A stretch of 64,000 bases of DNA, from assembly GCA_028023455.1 (NCBI GenBank), contig JAQFVV010000002.1, positions 4,340,001-4,404,000 of the forward strand. The letters run 5' to 3'. Both the position numbers and the translations under genes were made by a program. The notes under the pieces were generated by a model. It ran no database searches and was not told where the DNA came from. It saw only the letters and a program-made list of their open reading frames with translations. The stretch comes from Epiperipatus broadwayi. Taxonomy: Eukaryota; Animalia; Onychophora. This document shows, piece after piece, positions 37,981 through 53,463 of the stretch (position 1 is the stretch's first letter; every line of letters starts with the position of its first letter).

Positions 37981-40900
37981 TATAAATATATGCCAGTTTT
38001 TATATTATTCGTTATGATTTTAAGTTTGGAGCATTTAATGTTAAAGATCTCAACAACCCCAGTAAAATCTTTCAGCTATCAAAATGGATTGATATAATTC
38101 AGCCACATCTACTTGGACTTACAGAAATAAAAAATATACAATGTATCACAGATAGACCCATTCAATTATCTTCATAATAGAGGTTTTTCCATCTTTTCCA
38201 GATTATCCAGCTCTCCATATGCTGACACAGGTGTCTTTATTTCCAAGGTATACCCTTTTAAAGCATTTAAAATACTTTATTTTGATCATAATATTTTAAT
38301 TATCACAATGCAACACCAATCCTTAACACTCAACATAGCCATTGTCTATATACTATCTGGTCCACACATAATTAATAAATTAATTCTAACTATAAACTCT
38401 TTTTTTTGCTTCCTCACCATATCCATGTGTGATATTGGAAGATTTCAATATGAGCTATGACATATTTATATCAAAAAGGGATTCATAGACTTTCATTCTC
38501 TCTAATGAGTGGAGAACGTTTCCTTCTTAAGAACTCAGTATCTTTTGATAGTGGTTGATATAAATCATTAATAGACCTATGCTGCTACACACTAATACTG
38601 CATCACATGATTCATTTATCTTTTAATAATTCATCCTTTTCTGATCATCTAGCACATCTGAATTTCTTTTTCCACAATTTATATTGAACTCTTCAAACTT
38701 AATAAAATGAGACTAGACCCAATACAGATCTGTATTGTTATGTAAATATTTTATCATTAACTATATCACAAGAGCTTCTCCATGGCAATCAAATTTTTCA
38801 GTCTAGAATATGAGATTCACAAAAAGATTATACAATCTACTTCCATTACTGAACAGAAAGCACATTTAGCAGTGAAAAAAATATATATTAGCAAACCACA
38901 TACATGTTCAAGAATTACATTTGCTGGGCACTTGGTCAGGCCCCTATAGTGAGAATACCAGCAGCACTTAAAATTAATGATACCCTTTGTATGGGAGACA
39001 ACATGTTAGAACTCCTATACAGCCACTATCAAAGATTGCTTCAAAGCAAACAAATGTTTACTCCATCACCAAACTTTCTTGGTATCTCAACAGATTCAGA
39101 CATCATTACAATAGATGAACTCAAAGCAAAAACAACTTCCACTCCAGATGCATGTCATCCAGGCTCGTGTGGGATCCCTCTCTTTGTATATTACCATCTA
39201 ATGCATTTTACAAAAAAATACTTGGCTGATATGACTAATTGCCTATCAAAGCATATATATAAAATACAAGGTATATATTCAATATCTCTTGTATCTTTCC
39301 TAAAAAAACATGAAAATACCATCGATAATCTTAGACCCATTTCAATGGCATCACTAAGAATAAAACTACTGGAATCTGCACTTGAAGATACCCGATTATG
39401 TAAGACTCAATTTGTGAAGAAAGGCTCATCTACAAACCAGGCTGCATTCTTGTTTAAAACTGTTATAGACTTAGTTAGGAAGGGTAAGAACTATAGTCCA
39501 TTGGTAGTCTAGATAGCTATTAAATCTGCTTTTGACATGGTACCTATAGATCATCTTATTAACATACTAGCAGATGCAGAGATACCTACTTCATTCCTTT
39601 ACATAATAACAAACCTTTTGCTAAATCATGAAATACATATAAAGTTAAATGGAAAATTTCACTCCTAATTTCACTCCTATTGTTCAATACGATAATGTTA
39701 TCCTCTCATTGCTCTAATATTTGCTATTTATATCAATCCACTTCTCAAAGGAATTGAAAGTCAAATACCTGGTATCTTTGTACAGTAGCTCAACACTAAC
39801 ATTTCAGTCATTTCATATATGGATGATATATTTGTGTTTTTTATCTTTTAAACAAATCCCAACTCTCATTGGAAATCTTTCAAAATTTACTCAGGATTAC
39901 AAGCTGGAATTTAATATTGATAAATCATGTGCTTGATCTATATATATGCTGAAAAAGTTCAAAAACAGTTCTTCAGAGGGCACCCAAGCTCCTTCCTTGG
40001 TTTTCCCTTTCATCTAAGCTACTCATCCATGAGAGGTCAAATACAGAAAGTACTTACTCACAAAACTGAGAGGCTTATTAAATCACTCTCTAAATTTTAC
40101 CTCTCTCTTTACTCTAAAAACATCACTTATTAATCTAATGATCATGACCAGAATCACATACTTCTCTTTTATTATTATTTTTATTACTCTCTACTTAGAA
40201 ATCTTCTTTGGATCAAGCATATTAGTGGCATTTTACTTAAACAATTCAAAAACGCCCCATTTTAAATGGATTAGGTCTTCATTGTATAAACATCTTTAGG
40301 ATTCAAAAGACTATCAACCTTACTATCTCTTTTAATAACATTTACCCTTAGTTAGAGATACTGCAGAAAATTACCTCTATGGATAGACCCCAACATATTG
40401 TAGCTTTTGGGGAAAAAATCATTCTTCTCCTTTAGATTATCTCCAAACATACACTCAAGTCTACCTCTAAAATATTCAAATATTGGGAAGTCTATAAATT
40501 GTTTCATGATAATCATTATGACTCCATTAATACTCCAGTTTTAGATCTAATTAACAAACAACTCATTAATAAATTTAGACATTAATCCTTTGAACCTAAA
40601 TATTTTGACTTCCTTGTTAAAATTAACCTTGAAGCATTACCCATTTTATATTTCTATAGATATATAAGAAATTGCAAGGATGTGGATGAACATTGCAATC
40701 TTCATCATAGAGACACTGAAAACCAGCATCACTTCTTCTTTGATGCACCTGCTTTGATAATATTCATAGAGCGTGATTCATCTATTATTTAAAAGTTAAA
40801 ATTGACACATTTTTTCAAAGTTTCAAACAAAGTATATATGCCAGTATCCCATGCCAGAACTTTTGTTCTTTTTGAATTATGGTGTACTAGATGCATCTTT

Positions 40901-41565
40901 TTATACAATAACAACCCAAGAGAGCATCCAAATACCTTTTGGAATAAACTTGAAAACATTAAGGAAAGAGTCAAAAAACTTCTCTCTGACTTTATATATA
41001 ATACAACATGAAATCTATTAAATATTCAATGAACAACATATAGATTGTGATTGGATCTCAATGGAATTTTTAAACACTGCTTTTTCCCATTATCACCACA
41101 TGAACATTGATTAAGGTCTAATTGATTTCAGACTTGATGATTATCATTAACTCTAATGTTTGTAATGCCTGGGATTTAATTACATAAACTGTACTTCTTT
41201 TATAATGTAAATATGAAACTATGTATGTCCAATGTAAAATTGTAAACAGATGTAACTTTTACCTTCAGTTAATAAAGTCCTTTTGAAAGTAGCAACAGCA
41301 GCAATTATTATTATTATTATTCAATATCTATTTATTATGTGCATTTCAATATTTGCCCTTTAACAGAAATACACAATAAACAAAAAATAAAAGTAAAAAA
41401 AAATAATAAGCAAATACAAATTACATATATAAGATTATTTATACATATATGTTCATAATTATAAGTTCAGTTGTTTTCTAACATTCATAATAACTGATCA
41501 CAAAAAATATCAATATTATTAAAAGCTAGATTATGTACCATTTGCAATCTATTAATAACTGACAT

Positions 41566-41614
41566 AAATAATAATAATAATAATAATAATAACAACAACA
41601 ACAACAACAACAAC

Positions 41615-41648
<34 letters not shown>

Positions 41649-41665
41649 TAATAATAATAATAATA
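41566..41665 (+). repeat. Compound (AAT)n/(AAC)n microsatellite
   Basis: Seen directly. Confidence 0.95.
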
Positions 41666-42139
41666 TAGTAGATATACATTAACTTATAGACTAAGTGTAT
41701 GTCTTCTCATCACTATTACAAGGATATCATTCATTTATTAACAATATGTTCATAAAGCAAAATATTGAGAAAGTTTCACATTAAAGTATCATACAAAAAA
41801 CCTGAGACCATAATGCCATAGTTCTATAAAGTAAGAACTTATATTTATTGTTAAGGAAAAACAAAGTGGCATAAACAAATCAATAAGATTTATAAAAGAT
41901 GATTATTTTATTAAAATGTGGATCTGTTCATGGCAATAAGATGATGAAGTGGGAATTGGAAGGGTAAGACTATATTGGAGAGGGATAATGAAAGAAATTT
42001 TATTATAAATAAAGAAATTATTGTATCCTTGCTACTTTGTGATATGTGCTATAAATATTGGGAGCTTTGAAAGTTTAGCAGGAGTGAGTTGAGATTTTTC
42101 CTCCTCTTAAAATTTTATTCTTTTATACTTTAGAATATT

Positions 42140-42368
<229 letters not shown>

Positions 42369-43622
42369 AGCAGTTCTCTTTATTAATAGCATAAATTATA
42401 GTAGCAAAGAATCCTAAGCTTTGCCTAATTTCTTGATTCACAACAATTCATAATTTACACATTGTTCTCTATTTACATCTAGTTTCCCTGGGTACATTAG
42501 AAAGTAATTTTTGTCCCAGACAAAATGGACTTAATAATGCCACCTTTGGGCTGATAATATATGTATATAACAGTACACTCAGAAAATTAAATATAAAAAA
42601 ATGACTAAATTTGAGTGTATATATAAACATGGAATTGAAAAGTATTAGTGTGTTCATTTGAAATAAAATATAATATAAAATGGCAAACTAATAATTATGT
42701 ATTTACAAGATGCAGATAACTCATATACATACATGCACAAAGTTAAAGTAATTATTTTAGAATAAATTCACATAATAAATAAGCACATCTCAAAAATAAG
42801 TAAATATAAATATTTTAATAACTAACATAAAATAAATAAATTAGAATGCAGTAAATGAATTATAGTGACTTATTAAGTCATTTTCTTTTGTGAATGTTTC
42901 TCAAGCAACATTCTTATCATGTTTTATATATTTATGATTTTCACTATTGATCAGTATAGGATAAAATCCATGATGCCTCTTACTTTTTCTAATATGTATG
43001 ATAAGTGTTTAGTTTCCAACAATGATAGGAGCACATTCCTCATAAGTGTTGTAATTAATTCAGTGTTATGGCATTAAGGTTGATCTAGAGCATTTATCAG
43101 AAAATGGTTATATAATTATGGCAGACTATTACATATTTAAATTATTCAGAAATGCATTTTCCGTGGCTGTATCAACAAATAATAATAATCCATAAATCAA
43201 GAATTTCTCTTTCTGGTAATGATGATTTACATTTAATAAATCATTTTATTCTAACACAGCAATGTATGCATCAGGCACAGTTATAGTTTCACAAAGAAAA
43301 ATGTTTCTCCTGCTCTTCAATAATTAGATAGTTTGATTTTTTAATCCTTCAGTCTTACACTAAAGGAAGCATGTAAACCCTCCTTTTTATGTTTATTTAA
43401 GAATTCTACATGTATCTTTTTAAGATTGTTGCTTTTTAATTAAAAATATATAATTGATTAATAATTAAAAATACATAATAAAAAAGTGATCTTTTTATCT
43501 TTTAATTACTATTATATACCAGATTTATAGATTTGTTTTTTGTTATCTATAAATCTAATCGAATTATTTTTTTAAAAAAATAATTTTATGTATCCAATAT
43601 CTTTTACATCAATTAAAACACT

Positions 43623-44064
43623 CTCATCATCATCATCAAACATTATCAATCCACTGCAGGATGAAGGTCTCTCCAAGTTCAAGCCATCTTCTCTGATCAT
43701 TAGCTTCTCTTCTCCACATCACCCTGCACATTTCCTTATTTCATCCATCTATCTCACATGTGGACTTTTTCTGGGTCTTTTACAAACTCTTGGAATCCTG
43801 GTTAAGACTTCAATTCTCTATGTATTACCATCTCTTCTAGTAATATGTCCAGCCCAACTCCACTTTAGTTTTTTAATTTTTTCAATGTCAATAACATCTG
43901 TTTGTTCTCTTACCCATAGATTATGTTTTCAATCTTTTCTTGTTACACCAACATGCATCCTTACATATTTCTTTGAATGGTCTTAAGTTTCTGTATTGCT
44001 ATTCTACTAAGGGTCCAAGTCTCAGATCCATAAGTAAGAACTGGTAAAACACATTTATTAAAAA
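43623..44064 (-). mobile_element. 5'-truncated copy of the same RTE LINE (3' end)
   Basis: Reverse complement of ~5990-6438, including CTGCAGGATGAAGGTCTCTCCAAG and the (TCA)n tail. Confidence 0.92.
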
Positions 44065-47000
44065 CCTATAGACTATATTCCTTTATTAAAATTTATTTTA
44101 ATAAGTGTTTTATTTATATCTTTAATTGTTTATTTAATTCAAGTAAGATGCTTTTATATATCTCACTTATGTGCACAAATAGATGCACATTCAAAAAATA
44201 TTAAATCATTGTATTTCTCTTTCAATGAATTATTATTATTAATTTTAAAATAATGTTAAATAATTTTTATAACCCAATACATGCTTATTATATCAACTAT
44301 GTATTATTGCCTGAGAATCTTTTCAAGGTTCTATTTCCAGCAATACATACCCCTCCTCTCCCAAAAGAGACAATAAAACAAATAATTTATTTCTCATTTT
44401 ATCTTTTCCATATCTTATTTTGTGGTAAAACTTCTTTCCTACATTCACATTTTCTTTTTGAGTACTGGAATAGACTCTGCATAATGCCTGACCTTTGCCA
44501 ACATTGGTTGACTACATGCATAATTACTTTACAATAAGTCCATTTGAGCCATCTGTTAGATGCCAAAACTGAGATACAGGAAAGTAACACCTGATCAAAG
44601 CAAAAAATAGTAGTACTTTTATTTGATAACTCTAACATTTTCTAAAGGTCTGAAACATTGTTTATATAAAGAACCATATCATTTATAAAATATAGATATT
44701 TAAAATTTCCATTTAATTTTATTTCCTTAGCTTTCCACTTTAATCTGCAATTTTTTTTTTTGTAAAAAAGCTGTAAAAAGGTTTTGCATATATTGAAATA
44801 CTCTGTCATACATCCTCAATATCATTGATGTATTTTCATAAATGTTAATGGAATAAGAGAATATCTCATATAAATGTTTTGTTGGTACAATACTTTAATC
44901 ATTGTTTAAATACTAATAAAATTAAATGCCTTTTCATAATCTACAAATTCAAAGCATAATAAACTTACATTCATTGGTCTTTTCTGTAATTTTTCTCAAT
45001 ACTTAGATGTGATCCATTGGACTGAATGACTTTGAAAGCCAGCTTCTTCACTTGATTATTCCAGTCCAAAGTTCATTGTACCCAAGTAGTAATGATCTTT
45101 GTAAAGATCTTGTAAAAAAAACTGAAAAAAGGGATAGATCTGTAATTTTTATCATTTCTATATTTTAAAAATATTTTGCTAATAATTTTCATGTTTGTTC
45201 ATTTGCTTCTTTTAAAATGTCAATAATTTCATCATATTCTTGAGCTATTCTCTTTTGTATAGATTTAATTGCATATCTAACTTTTTAAAAAAATGCTTAA
45301 CAATTTAGTTGAGGGATTACTTTGCTTCTTGCTTTTTATTCATCCATTATTTTGAAAATAGTCCTACTATTTTTTTTATTGCTAAAATATTTTTTCTTCT
45401 AAAACTAGTTATTGTAAGCTTATCAACTTGATACTTTGTAGCTTGTCATTTATGCATCACAGCTGATTGGTTGAATTTTTGTTTTCTTTTTTAAATTGTG
45501 TGAAAACTATAAGTATGACATCAACAGAAATCCCAGCATTTGTTGCTGTTTGATTCCATCTTTAAAATGATATATCAGAATTAAAATTGGATAAAATTTG
45601 AATTTTTCATTAATTTTTTTTGTTAATAGGTGCATTTAATTTTTTTCTATTTTGGTCAATTTTCTAGTTTACATGTGGGTGATAAAGATAGAAAAATTTT
45701 ATTGGCCTCATTTTCTAAGAAAAGTGTATTAAAAATTTGCTGATATTTGCATTCAAGGCCTGCAATGGGATACAAACATAATCACAGAATATCGTAAGTA
45801 TAAAATTTTAATATTTTATTTTATTAAATTTTTTTGATAAATGGTAAAATTTATTAATTTATTTGCATTTGTATTTTTGTGTCTGTGTACTATATATATA
45901 TATTGTACCAGTCAGAATTGTATGTTCATTTAACAAGGTTTAGAATCTAAGCAAAAGTACCCTAAATCCACTCATGCCTGAGATACACAGGTCAGGAGCA
46001 ATCATGAATTCTGCCCTATTTGCTCTTCTCTAAAACTATAATATTATAAACAACACTTCTGATGATAATAGATGAAATTTTATTCATTCTGGTCCTGGAG
46101 ACACAGCGGAAAAAACATGAGATCTACAGGATAATTAGTATAAATAAATAATATTAAACCTTGATTCAATCAAATATCTTATGTAAGGGGAAAATCTGTA
46201 AATTTAAATGAATTGCACAGAGCTAGCATTGAAAAGAAACAGGAATTATAAAATAGTATCCATCCAGAATGAGCAAGAACAGAATAACCCAGAGATAAAT
46301 ATCTATTTAAAGTAATCAGTTATAACTTCTAAATAATATTAATATTATTATAAAGACTAAATGGGATTCAATGAGTGAGATTCAGTAAGACACAAATGCA
46401 TGAGTAATTCGACATTATTTAATGAACATAAATAATTTAATTTACATTAGAAACATAGCACAGATTTCATGCGGTTATTACTTTGCATATAGGCAACTGA
46501 TTTAGTATGCTAATGAGCTATAAATAATAATAAATTAATGTTATCAATGCTATGATCATTACTTTAAGTAATGATAAAGGACGTTTATAAATTCATCTCC
46601 AAAGAGAGGTTTACTCTTGATATGACAGTTACATAATTTATCATTCATGAACATATCTGGGCCTGTACAAATGAGGAATGGGTTAGCCTAAATAAGCTTT
46701 ACTGTGACAATCGACTGATTATAAAATGAGTGGTTTACAAACATCACTGTGCCATGTCTTATATATAATATGAGAACTGTACATAAAAGAATTCGCAGTG
46801 CTGACTATAATGATAGCATTAAAAGCAGAGTTTATGTCTGTCTTTGGACTAAAAACTTTATCATATAAGAGATCGCTTGTATTTATAACAAGGCAGTATT
46901 CAAAGAGACGAGTAGTAAGGTTCCATAGTACATTTGCCAATGTTATCCAATGAAGAGCCTTAACAAATTAATGTTGTCCTGAGATCGGAGCTACCAAATC

Positions 47001-48849
47001 TCATTCTTAGACAAGTACCAGAGGAATAAGTATGATAAAGCAAAATACGAATCTTGAAAATGCTATCATAAGTAAGCAATGCGAATATGGCTTAAATCTT
47101 AAATGACTAATGCATTAATTTAAGCTTAATAAAATAACAGTATCATGTGTAACACCATGACAAAATATTAACCCACTCAGCAATGTACGTAAAATCTTAG
47201 CAAATTAGGATGTCAAATATAAAAGAGGGAAAATATTATTTTCCTATTTAACAAGCCCAAGTATTCTTAAATGATATTATATTATAAGCAAGTTAATGCT
47301 TAATGGCATATAAGTAATAAGTAGTTACTAAAATATATTAATAATCAGATTTATTTAAAAAACATTATAGCATCAACAACAAAAAGTTTATCTTATCCCA
47401 TAATATGACGATTTAAACAATCCACCATTAAGCATATATTTCAAAATATTCAACAGAGGAAACTGCATTCAATAAGAAAATTTTTTTTAACTATTTAAAT
47501 ATTCCCAAAATATCGGAATGGTGGCTAAAATGATATAAGTTCGCTAGGTTGAAACATTAGCACACTAAAATTAATTTAATAAAATACATAGTTTAAAATA
47601 AGTTTTGTCACATGAAAAAGATATCTAAAGTGTGAAACTTTAAAACTATTGATAGATTTAAACTATAATTCTGTGCTAGTGTTTTATAGAACGAGATTTT
47701 TTAACTTAAGAGAGAAAATCACAAATTTAACGATAATTAAGTTTATAATCAGTTACCAAATGAATAAGGATTACATTGTGAGTACAATTAAAATTTAGGA
47801 AAGAAGTGAGGAATATAAAGAGTTCATTCTTCGGCAAAACGGATTACCTTTAGCAGTTATGGCAGCCATTTAGGATAACTTATACTAAGTTTAGATGTGA
47901 AGGCACTGTCAACAAAATAATGGTAGACATCTTCCAATAGTTCTTTTACAGTTAAATAGAAGAGTTCTCAAATAGTGATGACATGGCAGAACAAAGGCGA
48001 TCTAAGATAAGGGAGTCAAATTCCTTCTACTCACAATTCATTTTGTTTCCACTCTCTAATTGAACACAATAGAAGAGAGTGATTTGAACTCCTTTTGTGC
48101 GTTCTTAGAACTTCTGCTCCTCCTATACTTGAAATTCGGCAATATTGGAAGATGTAAACAAATACATTCCAGAAAGCATTATTTAAACGTATTTTTAAAA
48201 TTGCAAACAACTTTAAGAATATGATTTTTGTTAGTTTGACTTGAAATAGTTAAATGAGAATGACATTTTAAAATTATAATAATACTTTCTAGAATTTTCT
48301 GGCATTGCCTTAGCTTTACATTAATTGTATTTATTTTTATATCTGTAATACATATACGCACATACACAATTATCTAAGTGAAGGGAATTTACAAGCTTGG
48401 AAATAAAATATATTTAAGCTAAAATAATAATTTAACTGGTTACACATAAGCATTTTGAATAAACAGGGTGGAAGTTATATGTGTATATGTGTGTACTTAA
48501 CATTTCTGGATGACCAAATAAACATATAAACTGGTTCAAATCCTACTTTAAAAGTATGTAATGTCATCAGGTAGTGAAGCTAAATATGTACTACAGATTT
48601 ACTGATTCAATATACAGTATTATATATTAAATCATTTATGCTCTTTATTATACATTATATAAATTTGTATTCAAATATAACAAAAGTGTTTTTTGTACAG
48701 TGTAATTTTGTCTCATCCAAATTTGAGGTAACCTTGTTTTATAGACATAATGATTCTCAAAAGGTATTTGTATTCATGTGTTTGTGTTTTTTTTGCATGT
48801 TTGTATAACAAGTAATGATTTACATATATAGAGTAGTGCAATGTAAATT

Positions 48850-49116
48850 TTAAAAACTGATAATCAAATGTACAGAAACATTGCAGATTGCAGTTGATAA
48901 AGTAATCACAAAATTTACTGGGTATAGTATCATGTGAAAATATAAACACTTAAAATCAATAAAGAGAGATTCAAATAGTGTGTGTATAGTGGCAGCCATA
49001 ATGGTTATGCATATACCACATGGAATTGTATGCAGGCAAAGAATCAAATTCGAACTCTTGCCTATACCTTGATACTCATGCTGTGGAGTCAGTAGTTTTG
49101 CCACATCTTTCATCAC
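48850..49116 (-). pseudogene. Possible PIF/Harbinger transposase C-terminal remnant
   Basis: LLTPQH...SNLILC...IHTLFESLFIDFKCL...PVNFVITLSTAICNVSVH loosely follows the DDE_Tnp_4 pattern LLTPY...FN..H...IER.FG.LK.RFRCL...P.V..II.ACCVLHN. Confidence 0.3.
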
Positions 49117-50492
49117 TTTATTTTTAAGTCTATAGCTAGCAAATGAGCTATATGCAAATAAATTATATCTATGTGGGACAATAAATATAACAAAATAGCA
49201 TCATTGATGTGCATGAAAGAATATAAACATCACTGATAAAATGAAGAAATCAAACAAATTTTAACAGTGATATAGTCAGTAGCCTACAACTTCTAGTTTT
49301 AGATAGACAAGAAGCCAATTGCTATGATGACAAATGCATATCCATCTTCTGGAAATGATTTGTTTTGTATTTTTTTATTAGGATGAATCTTTTTCTTATA
49401 GATACCTTTGAGATTTGGTATATTTTGGGTACAAGATAAAAATAAAAAATTCTCATGTGGATACTTTTGGAGATTCTGAAGCTATGGATTATCTCAGGTA
49501 AGAAGTATTATATATGGTCTGAAAGACAATTTTCTGAAGAATACAAAAAAATTATCAATGAAGATGGAATTTAAATTTAGTTAATGATAAATTAGAAATT
49601 ATGAACAAACAAGAATCAACCAGTCATGATACTTTTTTATAGCTTTCCTTGTCAATTCATAGTTATATTTTTTTAAATCACAATTAATTCTTTTTATATC
49701 ATTTGACAGTATTTTAAAATATTAGTTCATTTTAATGAATATTTTTAATAGTTTATATTTTGTCTTTTCTTTATATATTTTCTTGTCTCATTTGAAACTA
49801 TATTTGTGATTTGAAGGTGTTTTCTACCAACGATATCTGTAGAAGTTCTTAGTAGAATATTTAAATTATTATTGATATCATTAAAATCTAATTCAATTTC
49901 AAAATATTTTACTATTTAAAACAATTTTCAAGTTCTAATTTAATTTGATTAAAGCATTGTTGACAGTTAAAGACATCATCTATTAATGTCTTAAGAGAAT
50001 TAAACAACAAATTTCTAATGCCCAATACATATGTTCTTGTATATCAGTGATTATTTAACTATATTTTACTTCATTATAATCTAATACAAATGTGCTACTA
50101 CTCAACATATATTAGCAAGCATGGTAAATTTATTGCTTTTACCTCTGAGATTAGGACCAAGAAATACCATGAAATTTCTTCTTAGTTATATACTTTTAAC
50201 TAAAACTTATTTTGGGCTTTCTTGAAGACTGTTAAATTTATCATCATTACAAGCTAAAATGAATTATTTATCCAGTTGGTGATCAAAGGCAGAAAATGAT
50301 AAGATTCTTCTTATTATGAACTCAGAATGCCATTTGATTATGATCTTTTATTTATCTACCTATATTTTCATAATTATTTCGTATTAAATGTGACATAATC
50401 ACCTTCTGAAATTAAAAAAGATAGACACTCAATTTAAAAAGTAGGCATGTACTTAATATAAATGCATATGCACTGAAAATAGAAGTGGAAGA

Positions 50493-50581
50493 TTTTTTTT
50501 TTCATATGTCAACTGCGTTGACAGGGAAGCGAATCCGGGCCAGCTGTTTGGAAGGCAACTATGCTAACCACTAGGCCATCA
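50493..50581 (-). mobile_element. tRNA-Gly(TCC)-derived SINE, 5'-truncated
   Basis: Minus strand TGATGGCCTAGTGGTTAGCATAGTTGCCTTCCAAACAGCTGGCCCGGATTCGCTTCCCTGTCAACGCAGTTGACATATG followed by poly(A). Confidence 0.85.
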
Positions 50582-53360
50582 GAAAATTGAAGAACAAAGT
50601 AAATGCTAATAGTATATTAGATGTAGATACAAGATTACATATACAATTTACTGAAAGATTAGCATAGAAAAATGTAAATATTTAAAGTTTATACCTGATA
50701 ATTGATTATTGCAATCAGGAAATAGAGAATTTATAAAGTATAAATTATAAATATACAGGGTGTTGTTGATCACAGCAAGAACATTTTAAAATTGTTATAA
50801 GAAACTTAGTTACATCTCAGTGGTTAAATAACATTTATGCATGAACACATAATCAGTAAATAAATTTAACTGATAAAATTTTGGAAAAATTTCTTGACAA
50901 ATTCCTTATTTTGTATTAATGCATGTATGAAAGAGAGAGAGGGGAAAAAGAGGAAGAAGGGGAGAGATATTTGAAAATATGTAGGCAATTCTAAAAATAT
51001 AAATAAGTTGCTGAGTTTTTTTTTTTTTTCAGATCTGTGATATAAGATATGAAATAATTTTATAATATATTATTTTCAAGTTAAACCAATATTTGATCTT
51101 TTTTTTTGAACGCAAATTCAATAAGCATTAGAAAATTAATAAAGTTAAAAGAATTTCCTGTTGCTATAGCGACTAAATATGTAAAGAATATCTCATCTGA
51201 ATAATATAGTAAAAAATATATAAAAAGTAATGTAAGTGCATCAACTACTTTTTGATCATAGTATTCGTTTATCTGTAGGACTCTTTATATGCAAACATAT
51301 AAATGTGCATGTTCAGCTGTTGAAACAGGCTCATTTATTCACTCCCAATTGCAGATTAAAGTGATCAGACAACAATTTACTTGATCATTTTCAGTGATTT
51401 GTCATTTTTTTCTCATTCACTTATCTTAATATTGTTTAATCATGTCAATTTTATAATTACACCATAAAATAATATCCTTAATATGCATTATATATATTCA
51501 TGAGAGTAATATAGACCAAAAAATTATGTTTAAGTTAGTTAAAGTTATCTTCTTTAAAAAAATGAAAATAATACAAAAGTATAAAAATTAAAAAATCTTT
51601 TCTTATTAAACATTATTGAATCAGACACTATTAAAATATCGACTTTATTTAATTTTAAAGGTGAATGGGGCAGTTACTTTGAATTGTGGAAAATTATTAT
51701 AATGCCGTATATATATGTATGTTTATGTTTCATTCTTATACCAAAGAAACCATTGGTAGTGAATTTTTGAAATACTCCAAATTTAAATAGATCTTATTTG
51801 TTCTATACAATAATGGATTATGCTGCAGAAATAAATAAAGCAAGCAGAAATCAAAATTGACTACATACATCACTCTATTCTAACATGCAGTATATATATA
51901 TAGGAAAGTAATAAGTTTTATTTATTTCTTTTAACATTTTTTCATTACTTTGCAATTACAGATATTTAAAAGTTATGCTTTTTATTTATTATTATAATTA
52001 TTAAAACCAATATTTCATTTAATATTCAAAGGTTGTTAATAATAAGACTCATTCTTCATTCTTTGACTATATTAATGATGATTGGAGAACATTTAGTCTG
52101 TACATAAGTTAAAACAATAGACAAAATTCACAATATAATTTAAAAACCAAGTCAAAACTAAGCTTATATAACAACACATTCCAAAGATAGAATGGTATCA
52201 CATCTATCTTTTCCTTGACTTTGATGCTACATACCTCAGTGGGAGATAGTTATTTACTTCCACTTTAAAATTAATATGATTATTTCAATTTATCTTTTCT
52301 ATATTTTTACTAACTATTTAATTTTCAATTTTATATATAAAACACTTCAAACAAATATTAAATAACCTTTTTTAAAATTTTAATTTCAATGGATATTAGA
52401 ATAATATTGCATCCTTATTAAATAACTGTTTATTTATCACAATTGAAATTCTCATTTTTATTATTATTTTCATCAAGATTTTTCTAACTTTCCAAATATT
52501 TAACAATATTAATCTTTTCTATACTCATTTACTTCATGTTTATTCTTAATTTGAAGGTTTTATTAAAGCATACAAATAAAAGTAATAATTTAGTATAGCA
52601 TTTAACTTATTTTACTTTAATTCCAAAAAAAAAAATGTGCAGATTTTGACCCAAAAACAAAAGGTCCTACTTCATATTCAGAAAAGAGATTATATAAAAT
52701 GATGTCTTAGAATTCTTTACAATTGTGTGTCAGTTATTTATAAAATCACAAAAATATTTTTTCTAGCTCTAATATTAAAAATAATAGATAATTTTATAAC
52801 ATAATGAATTAGTTAATGTGAGGAAAAAAATAAGCAGTGAAAGAATTAATTTAAAAAACTCAGAAGAATTAGTGTATGGTTTAGCAAATAGTATTAATAA
52901 AATAAAATTTAAAAGATTGAGTTATTAAATGCTTTCATTTAAGTTAGAAAATACGTTTGTTTGCTAGTAGCTTGTTTGTAAAGTTTTGAGTCACTATTAT
53001 GTTAGAATAAAATTTTGAAATTGAGATTTAATAAATTTAAATTCAATAGAATTGTGTTAAATTTGCTACATGCATAATAAATATGATGAAAATTCATATA
53101 AGACACTAATGTGTTTGTTAGGTCACCTAGTTTTTTAGATATAGAACAGAAGGCATGAAAATATTGAATATTTAATATTAAAATTAAAAACTGATCTTAC
53201 AACTTTAATATGTTTCAAGCAAGGGTTATGAAAAGGCAATATAGAGATTTTTTTTATTCAGTTTATTATTATAATAACATTTTAAAATTGAGGTTTAATA
53301 TAATTTGTTGAAATTTTGTACATTTTTTAAAAAAAATCTCTACAAAAGTGATAGGACACA

Positions 53361-53463
53361 TCAAGCATTGTTAGCCAAGAGGTCATTGCAGCTGCCTTGC
53401 AAACAAGTAGTTGGTTGCAGATGGTTGTCGGTTCACCTCCCAGCTGATGCTATGACATATAGA
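53361..53463 (+). mobile_element. tRNA-derived SINE with 17-bp TSD
   Basis: Colinear with the copy at 8284. AAAAGTGATAGGACACA is duplicated at 53344-53360 and 53464-53480. Confidence 0.85.

Larger units (their letters stand above)
36050..41300 (+). mobile_element. Near full-length Tx1/L1-like LINE (ORF1 + APE-RT-zf ORF2), decayed, interrupted at ~37.2-38.0 kb
   Basis: ORF1-like region with zinc-knuckle remnants (SCSQCG...SHQC, TKCNR). ORF2 motifs KFGAFNVKDLNNPSK...LLGLTEIK (~38020), NLRPISMASLRIKLLESAL, IKSAFD, SYMDD, KINLEALP. AATAAA at 41271 followed by a short (ATT)n. Confidence 0.85.

Noticed and set aside
49400-49500. Apparent host exon (polypyrimidine-AG ... AG/GTAAGA)
   Set aside because: All three frames contain stops and no partner exons were found.
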